Source: Alphaproteobacteria bacterium (GTDB taxonomy: Bacteria > Pseudomonadota > Alphaproteobacteria > UBA828). From it: 64,000 nucleotides of DNA. Both the position numbers and the translations under genes were made by a program. Below, piece by piece: positions 1 to 10,228 of this stretch; position 1 is the stretch's first letter; each line of letters begins with the position of its first letter. Under the pieces are notes generated by a model. It ran no database searches, was not told the DNA's origin, and worked only from the letters and a program-made list of their open reading frames with translations. The stretch is from the NCBI GenBank assembly GCA_965220745.1, contig CBDCQT010000013.1, positions 416,001 through 480,000 of the forward strand, given 5' to 3'.

Positions 1-2
1 AG

Positions 3-2195
3 GTAACGGTCGAGTTCGACGACGAGTGCCAGGTCGTCCCGCTCCAGGGCCTCGCGGGCGGTGGGTGTCATCAGGAGGGCGCTGCACGGCACCTCTGCAA
101 TCACCGGCGTCCGCGACACATGCGGCGCGAGCGCCGCGCCGGCGACAAGCGCATCGCCAGGGCCGTACTCCTCCACCCTAGAGCCGGTGTCGTCCTCGCG
201 GGCGACGGCCCGGCCCTCGGTCACGAGGAGCATGCCGTCCATCACCTCGTCACGTGCCACCATGGTCTCGCCGGCCTCAAAGCTGCGGGTCTCCAGCCAG
301 GGCGTGAGCCGATCCACGAGCGCCTCGAAGCGGGACTGCCTGTCGAGGTCGCGCATGGCGTGATCGACGGAAAGTCCGAACAGCTTCTCCCGCGCCTCGT
401 CCGAGCCGCCGTGCTGCCGATCCCACTCGGCGATGACGAGGTCCTCGCAGCGTTCCAGCGCACGGTCGAGGTCCTCGACCAGGATCAGCGAATCCCGCAA
501 GGGCGCAGGCAGGCCGCGATGGAGGATGGAGCGGACGTGCTCGGCTGCGGCGCTGAGCACGATCCGCGTGCCCCGCGCGTGCGCAGCCCGGACCGCGCGG
601 CCCATGACGTTCGCGGCCGAGCTGTCGAAGCCCGAGACCTGGGCGAAGTCCAGCAACACGCACAGGGGAGGCGGGTCGGTCTTGAAAACCCGGTTCAGAC
701 GGTCGCCGATGGCGGCGGCGTTGCCGAAGATGACATAGCCGCGCAGCCGATAGACCTGCACCCGCTCGCCCCAATGGCGGAGAATGGCGCCATGGGTGGC
801 GGAACGGGTCCTCTTGCTGCGCTGCTCGCGCAGGGTGAAGGCGACCTCGACGACGCTCACCTTGCTGAAGCGCACGACGAAGAAGACCACGGCCGCCGCG
901 AGCCCCACGGCCACGCCCTCCAGAAACCCGACGAAGACGATGACGAGCGAGACCGCGAGGACGATGCCGTAATCCAGCCACGGCAGCGTCTTGCGGTTGG
1001 AGACCAGCACTTCGTAGGGCAGGTTGAGTCCGACGAACAGCACAAGACCGCCGAGCACCGGCGTCGGAATCAGCGCCAGGACGTCGCCGCCGACGAACAG
1101 AATCAGGCCGACGATGACCGCGACCGTGATCCCCGTCAGCCGGGTCTCGGCCCCGGTTGCGTGGCTGACCGCGGAGTTGGGGATCGAGTTGCAGCCGGGG
1201 GCGCTGCCGCCGAGCCCGGCCAACAGGCTGGAGACGCCTTCCGCGCGGAACTCCCTATTCAGGTCGATCTGGACGCCGCTGATCAGCTCCAGCCCGCCCG
1301 CACAGAACACGAGGCTGATCAAGGCGACCAGCATCACGGCCAGGATTCCGGGAAGCTGAGACGTCACGACACCCCAGTCCACGAGAGCGAGATCGCCCAG
1401 CCCGATTGGGGGCCAGGCGGAGCCCGCCGGAATACCCACGAACAGGATGCCCGCCGCAGTGGCTTCCGCGAGCGAAATGTCGAGTGCGAAAAGCGTGGCG
1501 TGGCAGACCCCGATCGCGACCACTGCCGATCCGGGCAGGATGAGATAGTGGGGCCGGACCTTGGCGACGACGAGCAGCAGGACACCATAGAACACGGCCG
1601 GCGCCCACTTCTGGATCGTGTCGATCTCGGCCAGCGTGGGCAGCGTCTCCCACGTCATCGTGATTCCGCTCGCCACCGCGACGCTGCTCTTGACCAGGAA
1701 CCAGCCGAGCCCCGCAAGAAACCCGCCAACCAGGGGGTAGGGCATGAAGCGGAACAGACGGGCGAGCCCGAACCAGCCTATGAGCAGGTAGCAGATCGCC
1801 GTCGCCACGGTCGACAGGCCGACAATGACGATCATCGTCGCAAACACCGCCTCGCCGCTGGCGGAAACCATGACGGCGGCGACCGCAGCGCCGATCGTCA
1901 GCAGCACCGCAGCCGGCGCGAAGTGGGGGACGGAGATCGTGCCCTTGTAGGTGCACGCGAGCGCCGTGAGAAAGCACATGACGAGCGTGCCGAACAGGAT
2001 CGCACCCGTGCCCTGGGGGACGAGCGGGGAGAGTGGGCCCGAGAAGATGATGGAGGCGATGGCGGCTTCGCCGACCAGCACGATCACAGCGATGATGAGG
2101 CCCGTGGAGAGCGCAGTCGGCAGCATGGCCGAGCCGGCATCGGCCCGCAGCTCCGATGCGAGTGCGCGAACCGCGAGCGCGATTCGTGTCGTCAT
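3..2195 (-). CDS. SulP-family anion transporter with STAS and C-terminal cNMP-binding domain (3' end runs off the window)
   Basis: Not in the ORF track; hand-translated from ATG 2195 (MTTRIALAVRALASELRADAGSAMLPTALSTGLIIAVIVLVGEAAIASIIFSGPL...). Many TM helices, STAS-like LRGYVIFG motif, cNMP-like tail (SRTPVIAEVPCSALLMT). Confidence 0.8.
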   Translation of the reverse strand, partial: MTTRIALAVRALASELRADAGSAMLPTALSTGLIIAVIVLVGEAAIASIIFSGPLSPLVPQGTGAILFGTLVMCFLTALACTYKGTISVPHFAPAAVLLTIGAAVAAVMVSASGEAVFATMIVIVGLSTVATAICYLLIGWFGLARLFRFMPYPLVGGFLAGLGWFLVKSSVAVASGITMTWETLPTLAEIDTIQKWAPAVFYGVLLLVVAKVRPHYLILPGSAVVAIGVCHATLFALDISLAEATAAGILFVGIPAGSAWPPIGLGDLALVDWGVVTSQLPGILAVMLVALISLVFCAGGLELISGVQIDLNREFRAEGVSSLLAGLGGSAPGCNSIPNSAVSHATGAETRLTGITVAVIVGLILFVGGDVLALIPTPVLGGLVLFVGLNLPYEVLVSNRKTLPWLDYGIVLAVSLVIVFVGFLEGVAVGLAAAVVFFVVRFSKVSVVEVAFTLREQRSKRTRSATHGAILRHWGERVQVYRLRGYVIFGNAAAIGDRLNRVFKTDPPPLCVLLDFAQVSGFDSSAANVMGRAVRAAHARGTRIVLSAAAEHVRSILHRGLPAPLRDSLILVEDLDRALERCEDLVIAEWDRQHGGSDEAREKLFGLSVDHAMRDLDRQSRFEALVDRLTPWLETRSFEAGETMVARDEVMDGMLLVTEGRAVAREDDTGSRVEEYGPGDALVAGAALAPHVSRTPVIAEVPCSALLMTPTAREALERDDLALVVELDRY

Positions 2196-2245
2196 CGGAC
2201 CATTGTGGCGGAATACGAGCCGGGTGCCGAACGGGAAAGAGGCGC

Positions 2246-3064
2246 TCAGCTATACCAGGCGGGCGCGGTGTCGTAGCCGGCGAACGCCTCGCCGTCATGG
2301 CCGACGAAGATTTCCGCGTCGCGCTCCAGCGCGACATCCTTGAGGCGCTTCATCGAGGCGACCGCCTTCACCGGGTCCAGGTGGAAGCTCGGGATGATCT
2401 CCTGCTCCAGTCCCTTGCGGGTGTAGGCGGCGTCGGCGGTGAACAGCATGGGCCGCCTGCCCGCGAGCTCCACCAGCAGGCTGTAGTGCCCGGCGGTGTG
2501 GCCCGGCGTCTCGATCAGGTGGAGGCCCTTGGCGATCTCCTGATCGCCGCTGATGAGCTCGAACCTGGGCGTCCAGATGTCGCTCTCGGGATCCTCCGGC
2601 ACGTCGCGTCCCTCTTTCGCGAGCCGTTCGCGGTAGAGATCGGCGTGGAAGCTCATGTCGGAGTAGCCCAGCATCTCGAACGGCGCCGGGGACGCGCACT
2701 GGGCGAATTCGAGCGCGTGGCAGACCGTGCAGGCCTCACGCAGGTGGCGGTTTCCGCCGCAGTGGTCGAAGTGGTAGTGCGAGTTGACGACGTAGTCCAC
2801 GTCCTCCGACCGGTAGCCGGCGAGCACCAGCGCGCCGACCAGGGTCTGCGTCTCCGACTGGATCGGCTTCTCGAAGGGCAGCACGGCATTGACGTGGTCG
2901 CAGTCGAAGCCGGTATCGAAGAGATAGAGTCCGTCGGCGTGGTCGATCAGCACGCTGTAGACCGGGAAGCGCACCTCACCGGCCGGCCCGCGGTTCCAGT
3001 AGATGTGGAAGCCGTCGATCACCAGCGTGCCGCCGTCCAGGATGAAGACCCGTGTCTGTTTCAT
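2246..3064 (-). CDS. 4-pyridoxolactonase-like / N-acyl-homoserine lactonase family MBL-fold hydrolase
   Basis: HYHFDH metal motif, TPGHT.GH, DAAY. WNRGPAGEVRFPVYS and VLPFEKPIQ resemble Mesorhizobium 4-pyridoxolactonase as recalled. Confidence 0.85.
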   Translation of the reverse strand: MKQTRVFILDGGTLVIDGFHIYWNRGPAGEVRFPVYSVLIDHADGLYLFDTGFDCDHVNAVLPFEKPIQSETQTLVGALVLAGYRSEDVDYVVNSHYHFDHCGGNRHLREACTVCHALEFAQCASPAPFEMLGYSDMSFHADLYRERLAKEGRDVPEDPESDIWTPRFELISGDQEIAKGLHLIETPGHTAGHYSLLVELAGRRPMLFTADAAYTRKGLEQEIIPSFHLDPVKAVASMKRLKDVALERDAEIFVGHDGEAFAGYDTAPAWYS

Positions 3065-3096
3065 CGCGTCGTCCTCCGTCCCTGTCGCGCTCCAAT

Positions 3097-4035
3097 CTAC
3101 CGCTGCCCGCGCACGTAGGGCAGGCCGAGTGCGGCGGGCAGGCTCGCGCGCCGTGCGAACAGCACCAGCACGATCATCACCATGAGGAAGGGCAGCATCT
3201 GCACCACATCCGTGGGCACGTTGACGCCGCCCACCTGGAGCGCCGTGGTGAGCGAGAGGCTCGCGCCGAAGAGGAAGGCGCCGATCAGCACCCAGATCGG
3301 CCGCCCGCGCGCCAGCATCGCGAGCACGATGGCGATGAAGCCGGCGCCCCCGGTCATGAAGGGGACGAAGATGCCGGCACCGATCATCGCCATGTAGGCG
3401 CCGCCCATACCGGCCATCGCGCCAGTGAAGAGCACCGACCAGGTGCGCGTTGCGGTCACGCTGATGCCGGCGGCGTCGAGCGCATCGGGCTTGTCGCCGG
3501 CGGCCTGCAGGTTGAGCCCGACGTGGGTGTTGCGGAAGAGGTAGGCGAGGACCAGCACGAGGAAGACCGCGATGTAGACCATCGGATGCCGGGCGAAGAG
3601 GCTCGGCCCGATGATCGGAATCTCGCTCAATCCCGGAATATCCAGGGTTTCGACCCGCGGCAGGCGCGGGTAGGTGCGGCTGAACTGCACGTGGTGGAGG
3701 AGGGCGGTGATCCCATCCGCGCCGAGGGTGAGCGCGATTCCGATCACGATCTGGTTCAGCCCCAAGCGCACGCAGAAGAGCGCCATCAGCATCGCCATCA
3801 CGAGGCCCGCGGCGGCGCCCGCGAGGAAGCCGAGCCAGAGCGAGTTCGTGCCGAAGGCGGTGGCGAAGCCGGCGTAGGCGCCGAACAGCATCATCCCCTC
3901 GATGCCGATATTGAGGACGCCGGCCTTCTCCGAGACCTGCTCACCGAGCCCCGCCAGCAGCAGCGGCACGCCGGCCGCGACCGCGCCCGCGATCAGCGAG
4001 ATCAGGAAGGCATCGCTGAGCAGGCCCTGCGACAT
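3097..4035 (-). CDS. ABC transporter permease (nucleoside/BMP-type, NupC-like)
   Basis: GVLNIGIEGMML, G.GFIAI motifs; hydrophobic. Confidence 0.9.
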   Translation of the reverse strand: MSQGLLSDAFLISLIAGAVAAGVPLLLAGLGEQVSEKAGVLNIGIEGMMLFGAYAGFATAFGTNSLWLGFLAGAAAGLVMAMLMALFCVRLGLNQIVIGIALTLGADGITALLHHVQFSRTYPRLPRVETLDIPGLSEIPIIGPSLFARHPMVYIAVFLVLVLAYLFRNTHVGLNLQAAGDKPDALDAAGISVTATRTWSVLFTGAMAGMGGAYMAMIGAGIFVPFMTGGAGFIAIVLAMLARGRPIWVLIGAFLFGASLSLTTALQVGGVNVPTDVVQMLPFLMVMIVLVLFARRASLPAALGLPYVRGQR

Positions 4036-4041
4036 GGCCGG

Positions 4042-5127
4042 TCAGTCCCGTGCCGCCATCTGGCGGCGCTGGCCGAGCCACTCGGTGAGCGCGAGGAAGA
4101 TCAACATGAGCGCTACCAGCACCAGGATGAAGTAGTTGGGCAGCCCCGCCTTGCGCGAGGCGGTCTCGCCGCCGATGGAGAGCACGGCGAAGAAGAAGAC
4201 GAAGCCGATCACGGCGATGCCGTTGAAGCGGGCGAGGAAGACCAGGGGGATGATCATCAGGCCGTAGGCCGGGTTCCAGTCGGCCCGCACGTTGCCCCAG
4301 ACACCGAGGATCTCGACCGAGCCGGCGAGTCCGGCGAGGCCTGCGCTCAGCGCGAACACGGCGACCATCAGCGCGCCGAGCGGGAGCCCAACGTGCACCG
4401 CAGCGCGGGGGTTCGCGCCCACGAGACGCAGACGCAGGCCGAACGATGTCCGCGTCATCAGCCAGTGGATGAACAGGATCACCGCGAGGCCGACGATCAC
4501 GCCCACGTTGATCGTGCTGCCGAAGAGGCGCGGCAGGCGGTCGTCAGTCGCCAGCGTCTCGGTCTGCGGCACTGTGGTGGTGGGGTCGTCGAAGGGGAGC
4601 TTGATGAGCACGTTCGCCGCGCTGATCCCCAAAAAACTCATCATCAGCGTGGTCACGATCTCGTTGACCCCGTAGTAGGCCTTGAGCAGCGCCGGCAGCA
4701 GCGACCAGACGGCGCCAACGGCCATTGCCACCACCATTACCAGCGGCAGCACCAGCCAGACCGGCAGCACCGTGACCAGCGCCGGCGCGAGCGCGGCCGA
4801 AATCACCGCAGCCAGCAGGAACTGCCCGTCGACGCCCAGGTTCCAGAGGCCGGCCCGGAAGGCGACGATCAGGCTCGCGCCGAGCAGCAGTAATGGCGCG
4901 CAGCGGGTGATCGTGTCCTGCAGCCCGATCCAGCTCAGCAGGCCGCGTCGGACGATGTGGTAGTAGAAGGCGCCGGGGTCCGCGCCGAGCACCAGCAGGA
5001 TCAGCGCGCCGACGCCAAGCGCGAGCACGATAGGCAGCAGCGCCGCCGCAACCGGCACGGCCCAGCGGCGCAACGCGGTCGCGCCGGAGGCGAGCCGCTC
5101 CTCATGTGCGGTCGGCGCGTGTGTCAT
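4042..5127 (-). CDS. ABC transporter permease (NupB-like)
   Basis: AGLWNLGVDGQF, VNEIVTTLM motifs. Confidence 0.9.
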   Translation of the reverse strand: MTHAPTAHEERLASGATALRRWAVPVAAALLPIVLALGVGALILLVLGADPGAFYYHIVRRGLLSWIGLQDTITRCAPLLLLGASLIVAFRAGLWNLGVDGQFLLAAVISAALAPALVTVLPVWLVLPLVMVVAMAVGAVWSLLPALLKAYYGVNEIVTTLMMSFLGISAANVLIKLPFDDPTTTVPQTETLATDDRLPRLFGSTINVGVIVGLAVILFIHWLMTRTSFGLRLRLVGANPRAAVHVGLPLGALMVAVFALSAGLAGLAGSVEILGVWGNVRADWNPAYGLMIIPLVFLARFNGIAVIGFVFFFAVLSIGGETASRKAGLPNYFILVLVALMLIFLALTEWLGQRRQMAARD

Positions 5128-5134
5128 CGCGCGA

Positions 5135-6718
5135 TCACGCCTGGGCGCCGACCCCGATCATGAGCTCGCCGACCCGGCGCGCCGCGTCGCCGTCGTTCTC
5201 CACGATGCCGACCATACGGCCGTCGAGCATGACCCCGATGCGGTCCGAGAGCTCCAGAATTTCGTCGAGGTCGGTCGAGATCAGAATCGTCGCGACGCCC
5301 GCATCGGCGTTCTCGCAGATCGCACGGCGGGCGCGGCGGATGTTGTTCAGGTCGAGCCCATACGTGGGCTTGTTGTAGATCACTGCCATCGGCTGGGCAT
5401 CGAGCTCGCGGGCGAGCAGCGCCTTCTGCACGTTGCCGCCGGAGAGATGCCCGAGCGGGGTCTCGGGGCCAGGCACGCGCACGTCGTGCTCGGCGATGAG
5501 CGTGCGCGCGTGGCGCTCCACCTCGGCGTTACGGATGATGCCGTGGCGCCAGAAGGGCTCGTCGCCGATCCGCTTCAGCAGCAGGTTGAGGCCGACGGGG
5601 AAGGCGGAGACGGTGCCTTCGCCGAGCCGGTCGTCGGTGACGTAGCGGAGCCCCGCGTGCTGGCGCTGGCGCACGCTCAGCCCCTCGATGGCCGTGCCGT
5701 CGAGCACGATGCGGCCCGCGTCCGCGTGGCGCTGCCCGGCGATCGCCTCGGCGAGCTGCTTCTGGCCGTTGCCGTCGACGCCCGCGATCCCGAAGACTTC
5801 GCGCTCCCGCACCGCGAAGCTCACACCCGCGTCGCCCGCCGCCGCCGGGCTGCCAGTCGGTCGGAGGTCGTCCACCTCGATCACCACTCGCTCGCCCGGC
5901 GCGGCCTCGCGCTGGGCGCGGCTCCGTTCGGGCACCGTCCCATCGGCAGCGGTGCCGAACATCAGGTCGACGATGTGGTCGATGGCCTCTTGCGGCGCGA
6001 GCTCAGCGAGGGTTTCCGGCGGAAGCTCGCCCACCTTGCGGCCTTGTCTCAGCACCGAGACCCGGTCGCCGAAGCGCACCGCCTCGTGCAGCTTGTGGGT
6101 GATGAAGAGCACCGCGATGCCGGCGTCCCGCAGCCGACCGATCACCCGCCCCAGGTCCTCGACACCCTGCGGCGTCAGCATCGAGGTCGCCTCGTCGAGG
6201 ATCAGCACGCTCTCGCCCCGCCACAGCGCCTTGACGATCTCGACGAGCTGCTGCTGACCGAGCGAAAGCGAGCCGAGCGGCGCGTCCTCCGGCAGCGCGA
6301 TGCCGAGCAGGCCGGCGATCTCGCTCAGCCTCGCGCGGGTCGCGGCGCGGTTCATGGGCGCGCGCCAGGAGGACCCCAGCATCAGGTTCTCAAGCACGGT
6401 GAGCGTCGGCACCAGGGTCGGGTGCTGGTAGACGGTGCCGATGCCGAGGTCGAGCGCGGTGCGCGGGCTCGCAATCCGGGTCTCGCGTCCGCGAATCTCG
6501 ACGGTGCCGGAATCGGGACGCTGCATCCCCGAGAGGATCGAGATCAGCGTCGACTTGCCGGCGCCATTCTCGCCCAGCAGTGCGTGAACCTCCGCCGGGT
6601 AGACGGCGAGCGAGACCGCGTCGTTGGCGACGACTCCGGGGAAACGCTTAGTGATGTCCCGCAGCACGACGATCGGCTCGGCCGTACTCGCGGCGGGATC
6701 AAGGGAGCGGGAGGCCAT
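5135..6718 (-). CDS. ABC transporter ATP-binding protein (double ABC domain, NupA-like)
   Basis: GENGAGKST Walker A, LSGGNVQK signature, GVDGNGQ. Confidence 0.93.
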   Translation of the reverse strand: MASRSLDPAASTAEPIVVLRDITKRFPGVVANDAVSLAVYPAEVHALLGENGAGKSTLISILSGMQRPDSGTVEIRGRETRIASPRTALDLGIGTVYQHPTLVPTLTVLENLMLGSSWRAPMNRAATRARLSEIAGLLGIALPEDAPLGSLSLGQQQLVEIVKALWRGESVLILDEATSMLTPQGVEDLGRVIGRLRDAGIAVLFITHKLHEAVRFGDRVSVLRQGRKVGELPPETLAELAPQEAIDHIVDLMFGTAADGTVPERSRAQREAAPGERVVIEVDDLRPTGSPAAAGDAGVSFAVREREVFGIAGVDGNGQKQLAEAIAGQRHADAGRIVLDGTAIEGLSVRQRQHAGLRYVTDDRLGEGTVSAFPVGLNLLLKRIGDEPFWRHGIIRNAEVERHARTLIAEHDVRVPGPETPLGHLSGGNVQKALLARELDAQPMAVIYNKPTYGLDLNNIRRARRAICENADAGVATILISTDLDEILELSDRIGVMLDGRMVGIVENDGDAARRVGELMIGVGAQA

Positions 6719-6841
6719 GGTCAGGCCACCTTGCTACCGGTCAGGTCGGGCGGCACTGAGTCGGCCGCCGGGAAAGGGCAGGCGGTGCCCGGCGCGCGGT
6801 GCTCTTGCGCCGCCGGGCGTCGCCTGCGTTCTCTGCGTGCG

Positions 6842-7885
6842 CTACTCAGCCGCGTCCACCGACGACATCAGAGCGCGTACCTCCGTGGCCTCCCAGATCG
6901 CGGGCACGTCGATCTCGCCCGCGATGATTTGGGCCCGGACGTCCATCAGCCCCGCCCACATCTCGTCGGAGATGTGCGCCGTCCGCAGCAGCTGCACCGA
7001 ATCGTCGGCGAGCTGGATGGCATAGCCGACGGTGCCGAACGTGCCGCTCTTCAGGTCTTCGACCATCGCGGAGTAGACCGGCACCATGTTCCAGACCACG
7101 GATGAGAGCAGGTGGCCCTTGTCGATCTCGCTCTTGTCGCCGATCACGTCGATGAACAGCACCTTGCCGCCATCGGCCGCAGGCACCGTCTCCACCGCCT
7201 GAAGCATGCCGAAGGTGGAGCCGTCGCCCTGGCCGAACACGATGTCGGCACCGGCCGCGATCACCGATTCCGTGACCCGCTTGCCGCCCGCCGCATCGGC
7301 GTAGGCCGCGGGCCCGATCACGGCGTAGAGCAGGTCCACGTCGGGATTGGCGGCGCGCGCGCCCATGGCGAAGCCGGCGGACTGCGAGTTCCAGGACGGC
7401 GGCTCGCCCGAGACGACGATGCCGAGCGTGCCGGTGCGCGAAAGCTGCGCCGCCAGCATGCCGGCCATGTAGGCGCCGTCATGCCCGCTCAGCGTGTAGT
7501 CGGCCACAAGACCCGGCACCATGTCTTCAGGCCTGTCCACGATCGCCACCGCAACCCCGGTTTCGGCGGCGATCTCGGGCGCTGCGGTGTTGTAGCCGCT
7601 GGCGTGGGCGATCATCAGGTCGGCCCCTTCGGCCGCGAGCTCGCGCAGCGTCGGCCGCACGTCGCCGTAGCCGAGGCCTTCGGCCGAGATGACCTCGAGC
7701 CCCATGGCCTCGCCGACCGCCCGTGTCGCGTCGACGCCCTGCTGGTTCCAGCCGAAGTCGGTGCCCTGCTCAGGCACCAGGACCGCAATCGTGTCGATCT
7801 CCTGCGCCTGCGCACCGGTGATCACCGCGGCCAGACCGATCGCTGCGAGCGCCGATACGGCCATTCTGTGCAACTTGGGTGTCAT
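6842..7885 (-). CDS. BMP-family ABC substrate-binding protein
   Basis: C-terminal part of track ORF 6842..10135; start set at ATG 7885 after SD AGGGGAG; signal peptide ending AQA; D.GWNQ motif. Confidence 0.88.
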   Translation of the reverse strand: MTPKLHRMAVSALAAIGLAAVITGAQAQEIDTIAVLVPEQGTDFGWNQQGVDATRAVGEAMGLEVISAEGLGYGDVRPTLRELAAEGADLMIAHASGYNTAAPEIAAETGVAVAIVDRPEDMVPGLVADYTLSGHDGAYMAGMLAAQLSRTGTLGIVVSGEPPSWNSQSAGFAMGARAANPDVDLLYAVIGPAAYADAAGGKRVTESVIAAGADIVFGQGDGSTFGMLQAVETVPAADGGKVLFIDVIGDKSEIDKGHLLSSVVWNMVPVYSAMVEDLKSGTFGTVGYAIQLADDSVQLLRTAHISDEMWAGLMDVRAQIIAGEIDVPAIWEATEVRALMSSVDAAE

Positions 7886-7998
7886 GGTCGGTTCTCCCCT
7901 TGCTACGGTGATTTGGGCCTCCGCCGCGCCAAACTGCGACGGAGGCCCGTTCGTTCCCGGCACCGGGCGGGCGACCGCGCGCCCGGCCCTGGATACGG

Positions 7999-8979
7999 TT
8001 ACAGAAGCTCCATATCGCTCAGCAGCTTCTGGATCGCCGGCTCGTTCATGTTCTCCAGCGTCACCACCGCCGCCGGAATGGCCACGACGCGCGGCTCGAT
8101 CGTCTCGCCCTTGATGATCTTGTCCAAGGTGTAGACGCCGTCGTATCCCATCTTGAACGGGTCCTGCAGGACGAGCGCGTCGATATAGCCCTCCTTGAAC
8201 AGCTCGAACTCTTCGGCCGAGCTGTCGAAGGCGACGATGCGGAGATCGAGTTCCCTCTGCTTGGAAAGCTGACCCGCGCCGGTGCCGGCGCCGTCGCACG
8301 CACCATAGAAGCCGACGAGGTCGGGATTGCCGGTGTGCATGTCGGTGGCGATGTTCAGTGCCTTGGCCGGCTTGCATTCCGAGTACTGCACCGGCAGCAC
8401 CTCGATGTCGGGATAGTTCTTCATCTCCTCGACGAAGCCGTTCTCGCGCTCGTACCCGGTCTGGGAGCCGGCGGTGATGCCGATGTCGCCGACCTTGCCC
8501 TTGCCGCCGATCAGCCCCGCCAGGTGCTTGGCTGCGGCCCTGGCGGCGCCGATGTTGTCGGTGGCGATGTAGGCGAGCGAGGTGTCGGGGTCGATGCCGG
8601 AATCCACCGTGATCACCGGCACGCCGGCCTCGATGGCCTTGGTCACCGGGTCGGACAGCGCCTTGGCGTCGGTTGCGGCGATGAGGATGCCGTCGATCCT
8701 GCGCGTCACCATGTCGTTGACCAGGTTGATCTGGCCCGCGATCTGTGTCTGGTCCTGGGTGCCGACATAGAGGACCTCGTAGCCGAGCTCCGCGCCGGCC
8801 TTCTCCGCGCCCCGCTTGATGGCAAGCCAGAACGACGAATCGGTCGATTTCGGGATCCACGCCAAGGTCTTGTCCGCCGCGAACGCGTCGGAGCCGAACC
8901 CTGCCGCCGACACTGCGGCGATAACGGCGGCCGCGGCCACCGCGCGTAAAGACCTGATGATGGAAACGCGCAATTTCAT
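7999..8979 (-). CDS. Sugar ABC substrate-binding protein (RbsB-like)
   Basis: Signal peptide, VPVITVDS, IATDN, VLQDPFKMGY; SD GGAGGAG before ATG 8979. Confidence 0.9.
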   Translation of the reverse strand: MKLRVSIIRSLRAVAAAAVIAAVSAAGFGSDAFAADKTLAWIPKSTDSSFWLAIKRGAEKAGAELGYEVLYVGTQDQTQIAGQINLVNDMVTRRIDGILIAATDAKALSDPVTKAIEAGVPVITVDSGIDPDTSLAYIATDNIGAARAAAKHLAGLIGGKGKVGDIGITAGSQTGYERENGFVEEMKNYPDIEVLPVQYSECKPAKALNIATDMHTGNPDLVGFYGACDGAGTGAGQLSKQRELDLRIVAFDSSAEEFELFKEGYIDALVLQDPFKMGYDGVYTLDKIIKGETIEPRVVAIPAAVVTLENMNEPAIQKLLSDMELL

Positions 8980-9030
8980 GGTTTCTCCTCCCATTACGGC
9001 ACACGCGCCGATTACCGGCGCGTGGCCTCG

Positions 9031-10056
9031 TTATTGTTCTCCACCGCGCCTCAGACGCCGCCAATTGTCGATGTAGACGGCGGCGATGAGGATAGCACCG
9101 ATGGCCACTAGCTGCCAGAAGGCGTACACGCCGAGCACGTTCAGCCCATTGCGCAGCGTGGCGATGATGAGCGCCCCGATCCACGACGCGATCAGGCTGC
9201 CCTGGCCGCCGAAGAGGCTGGTTCCGCCGATCACCACGGCGGCGATCGAGTCGAGTTCGTAGCCCACCCCGCCCGCCGGCTGGCCGCTGCCGATGCGCGA
9301 GGCTTCGGTGAGGCCGGCGATGCCGGCGGTAACGCCGCTCAGGCCGTAGATCAGGATCAGGTAGAGCGGGACGTTGACGCCCGAGACCTTGGTCGCCTGC
9401 TCGTTGCTCCCGATCGAGACGGTGTAGCGGCCGAGCCGGGTGCGCAGCAGCACGAACACGCCGATCGCGTAGAGCCCCAGCGTGGCGATTGTCGGCACCG
9501 GCACCACCCCCCAGACGCGGCCCTGGCCCAGAATCTCGAAGCCGTCCGCCACCCTGAAGATGGGAATGCCTTCGGTGATGATCAGCGCGTAGCCGCGGGC
9601 GATCCCCATCATGCCGAGGGTCGCGACGAAGGGCGGGATGCGGAGATAGCCGACCGCGACGCCGTTGGCCGCGCCGAAGAAGGCGCCGACGACGATTCCG
9701 GCGATGACGCCGGCGCCGAGGCCGTATCCCGCGTCCATCACCATGGTGGACGTGACCGCGGAGGCGGCGAGGATCGCGCCGACCGAGAGGTCGATGCCCT
9801 TGGAGAGGATGACGAAGGTCTGCCCCACCGCGATCAGCGCGATCACGGCGGCCTGGACGGTGATCTCGAACAGGTTGCTGACGGTGAAGAAGTAGGGCGA
9901 GAGCTGCGACAGGATCAGCCACAGCAGGAGCAGGATGCCGGCGGTGAAGACCGTGGGGTTCTCGATGATCGCGCGTTCCACCGCGCCAAGGAGACGCCCG
10001 GCAGGCGATTTCGGGTCCAAGCCCAGGAAGCGGGTCGTCAGGTCGGGACGAGCCAA
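9031..10056 (-). CDS. Sugar ABC permease (RbsC-like)
   Basis: GIDLSVG, IPPFVATLG, YELDSIAAVVIGGTSLFGG. Confidence 0.92.
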   Translation of the reverse strand: MARPDLTTRFLGLDPKSPAGRLLGAVERAIIENPTVFTAGILLLLWLILSQLSPYFFTVSNLFEITVQAAVIALIAVGQTFVILSKGIDLSVGAILAASAVTSTMVMDAGYGLGAGVIAGIVVGAFFGAANGVAVGYLRIPPFVATLGMMGIARGYALIITEGIPIFRVADGFEILGQGRVWGVVPVPTIATLGLYAIGVFVLLRTRLGRYTVSIGSNEQATKVSGVNVPLYLILIYGLSGVTAGIAGLTEASRIGSGQPAGGVGYELDSIAAVVIGGTSLFGGQGSLIASWIGALIIATLRNGLNVLGVYAFWQLVAIGAILIAAVYIDNWRRLRRGGEQ

Positions 10057-10228
10057 ACCATGCCCTCGCGCAACGTACCGGGCTCGACTCTAGGCAAGTG
10101 CGCGGAGGCGCGCAATTTCGCGCCCTGCCACACACGACTGCGCGCTGCGGCGGTAACGACGTGGAGTGAACGGGAGAAACCGGATTGTGAGCCCCGACAG
10201 GCAGTCGGGTGCCGGGGGAAGATACTGC

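Noticed and set aside
120-2276. 718-aa plus-strand ORF and similar long ORFs (3052-4893, 12750-15734, 51482-53803)
   Set aside because: Antisense shadows of real genes caused by high-GC codon bias
6842-10135. 1097-aa fusion ORF
   Set aside because: Off-frame read-through over the rbsC/rbsB-like genes; only 6842-7885 has an SD, signal peptide and BMP motifs
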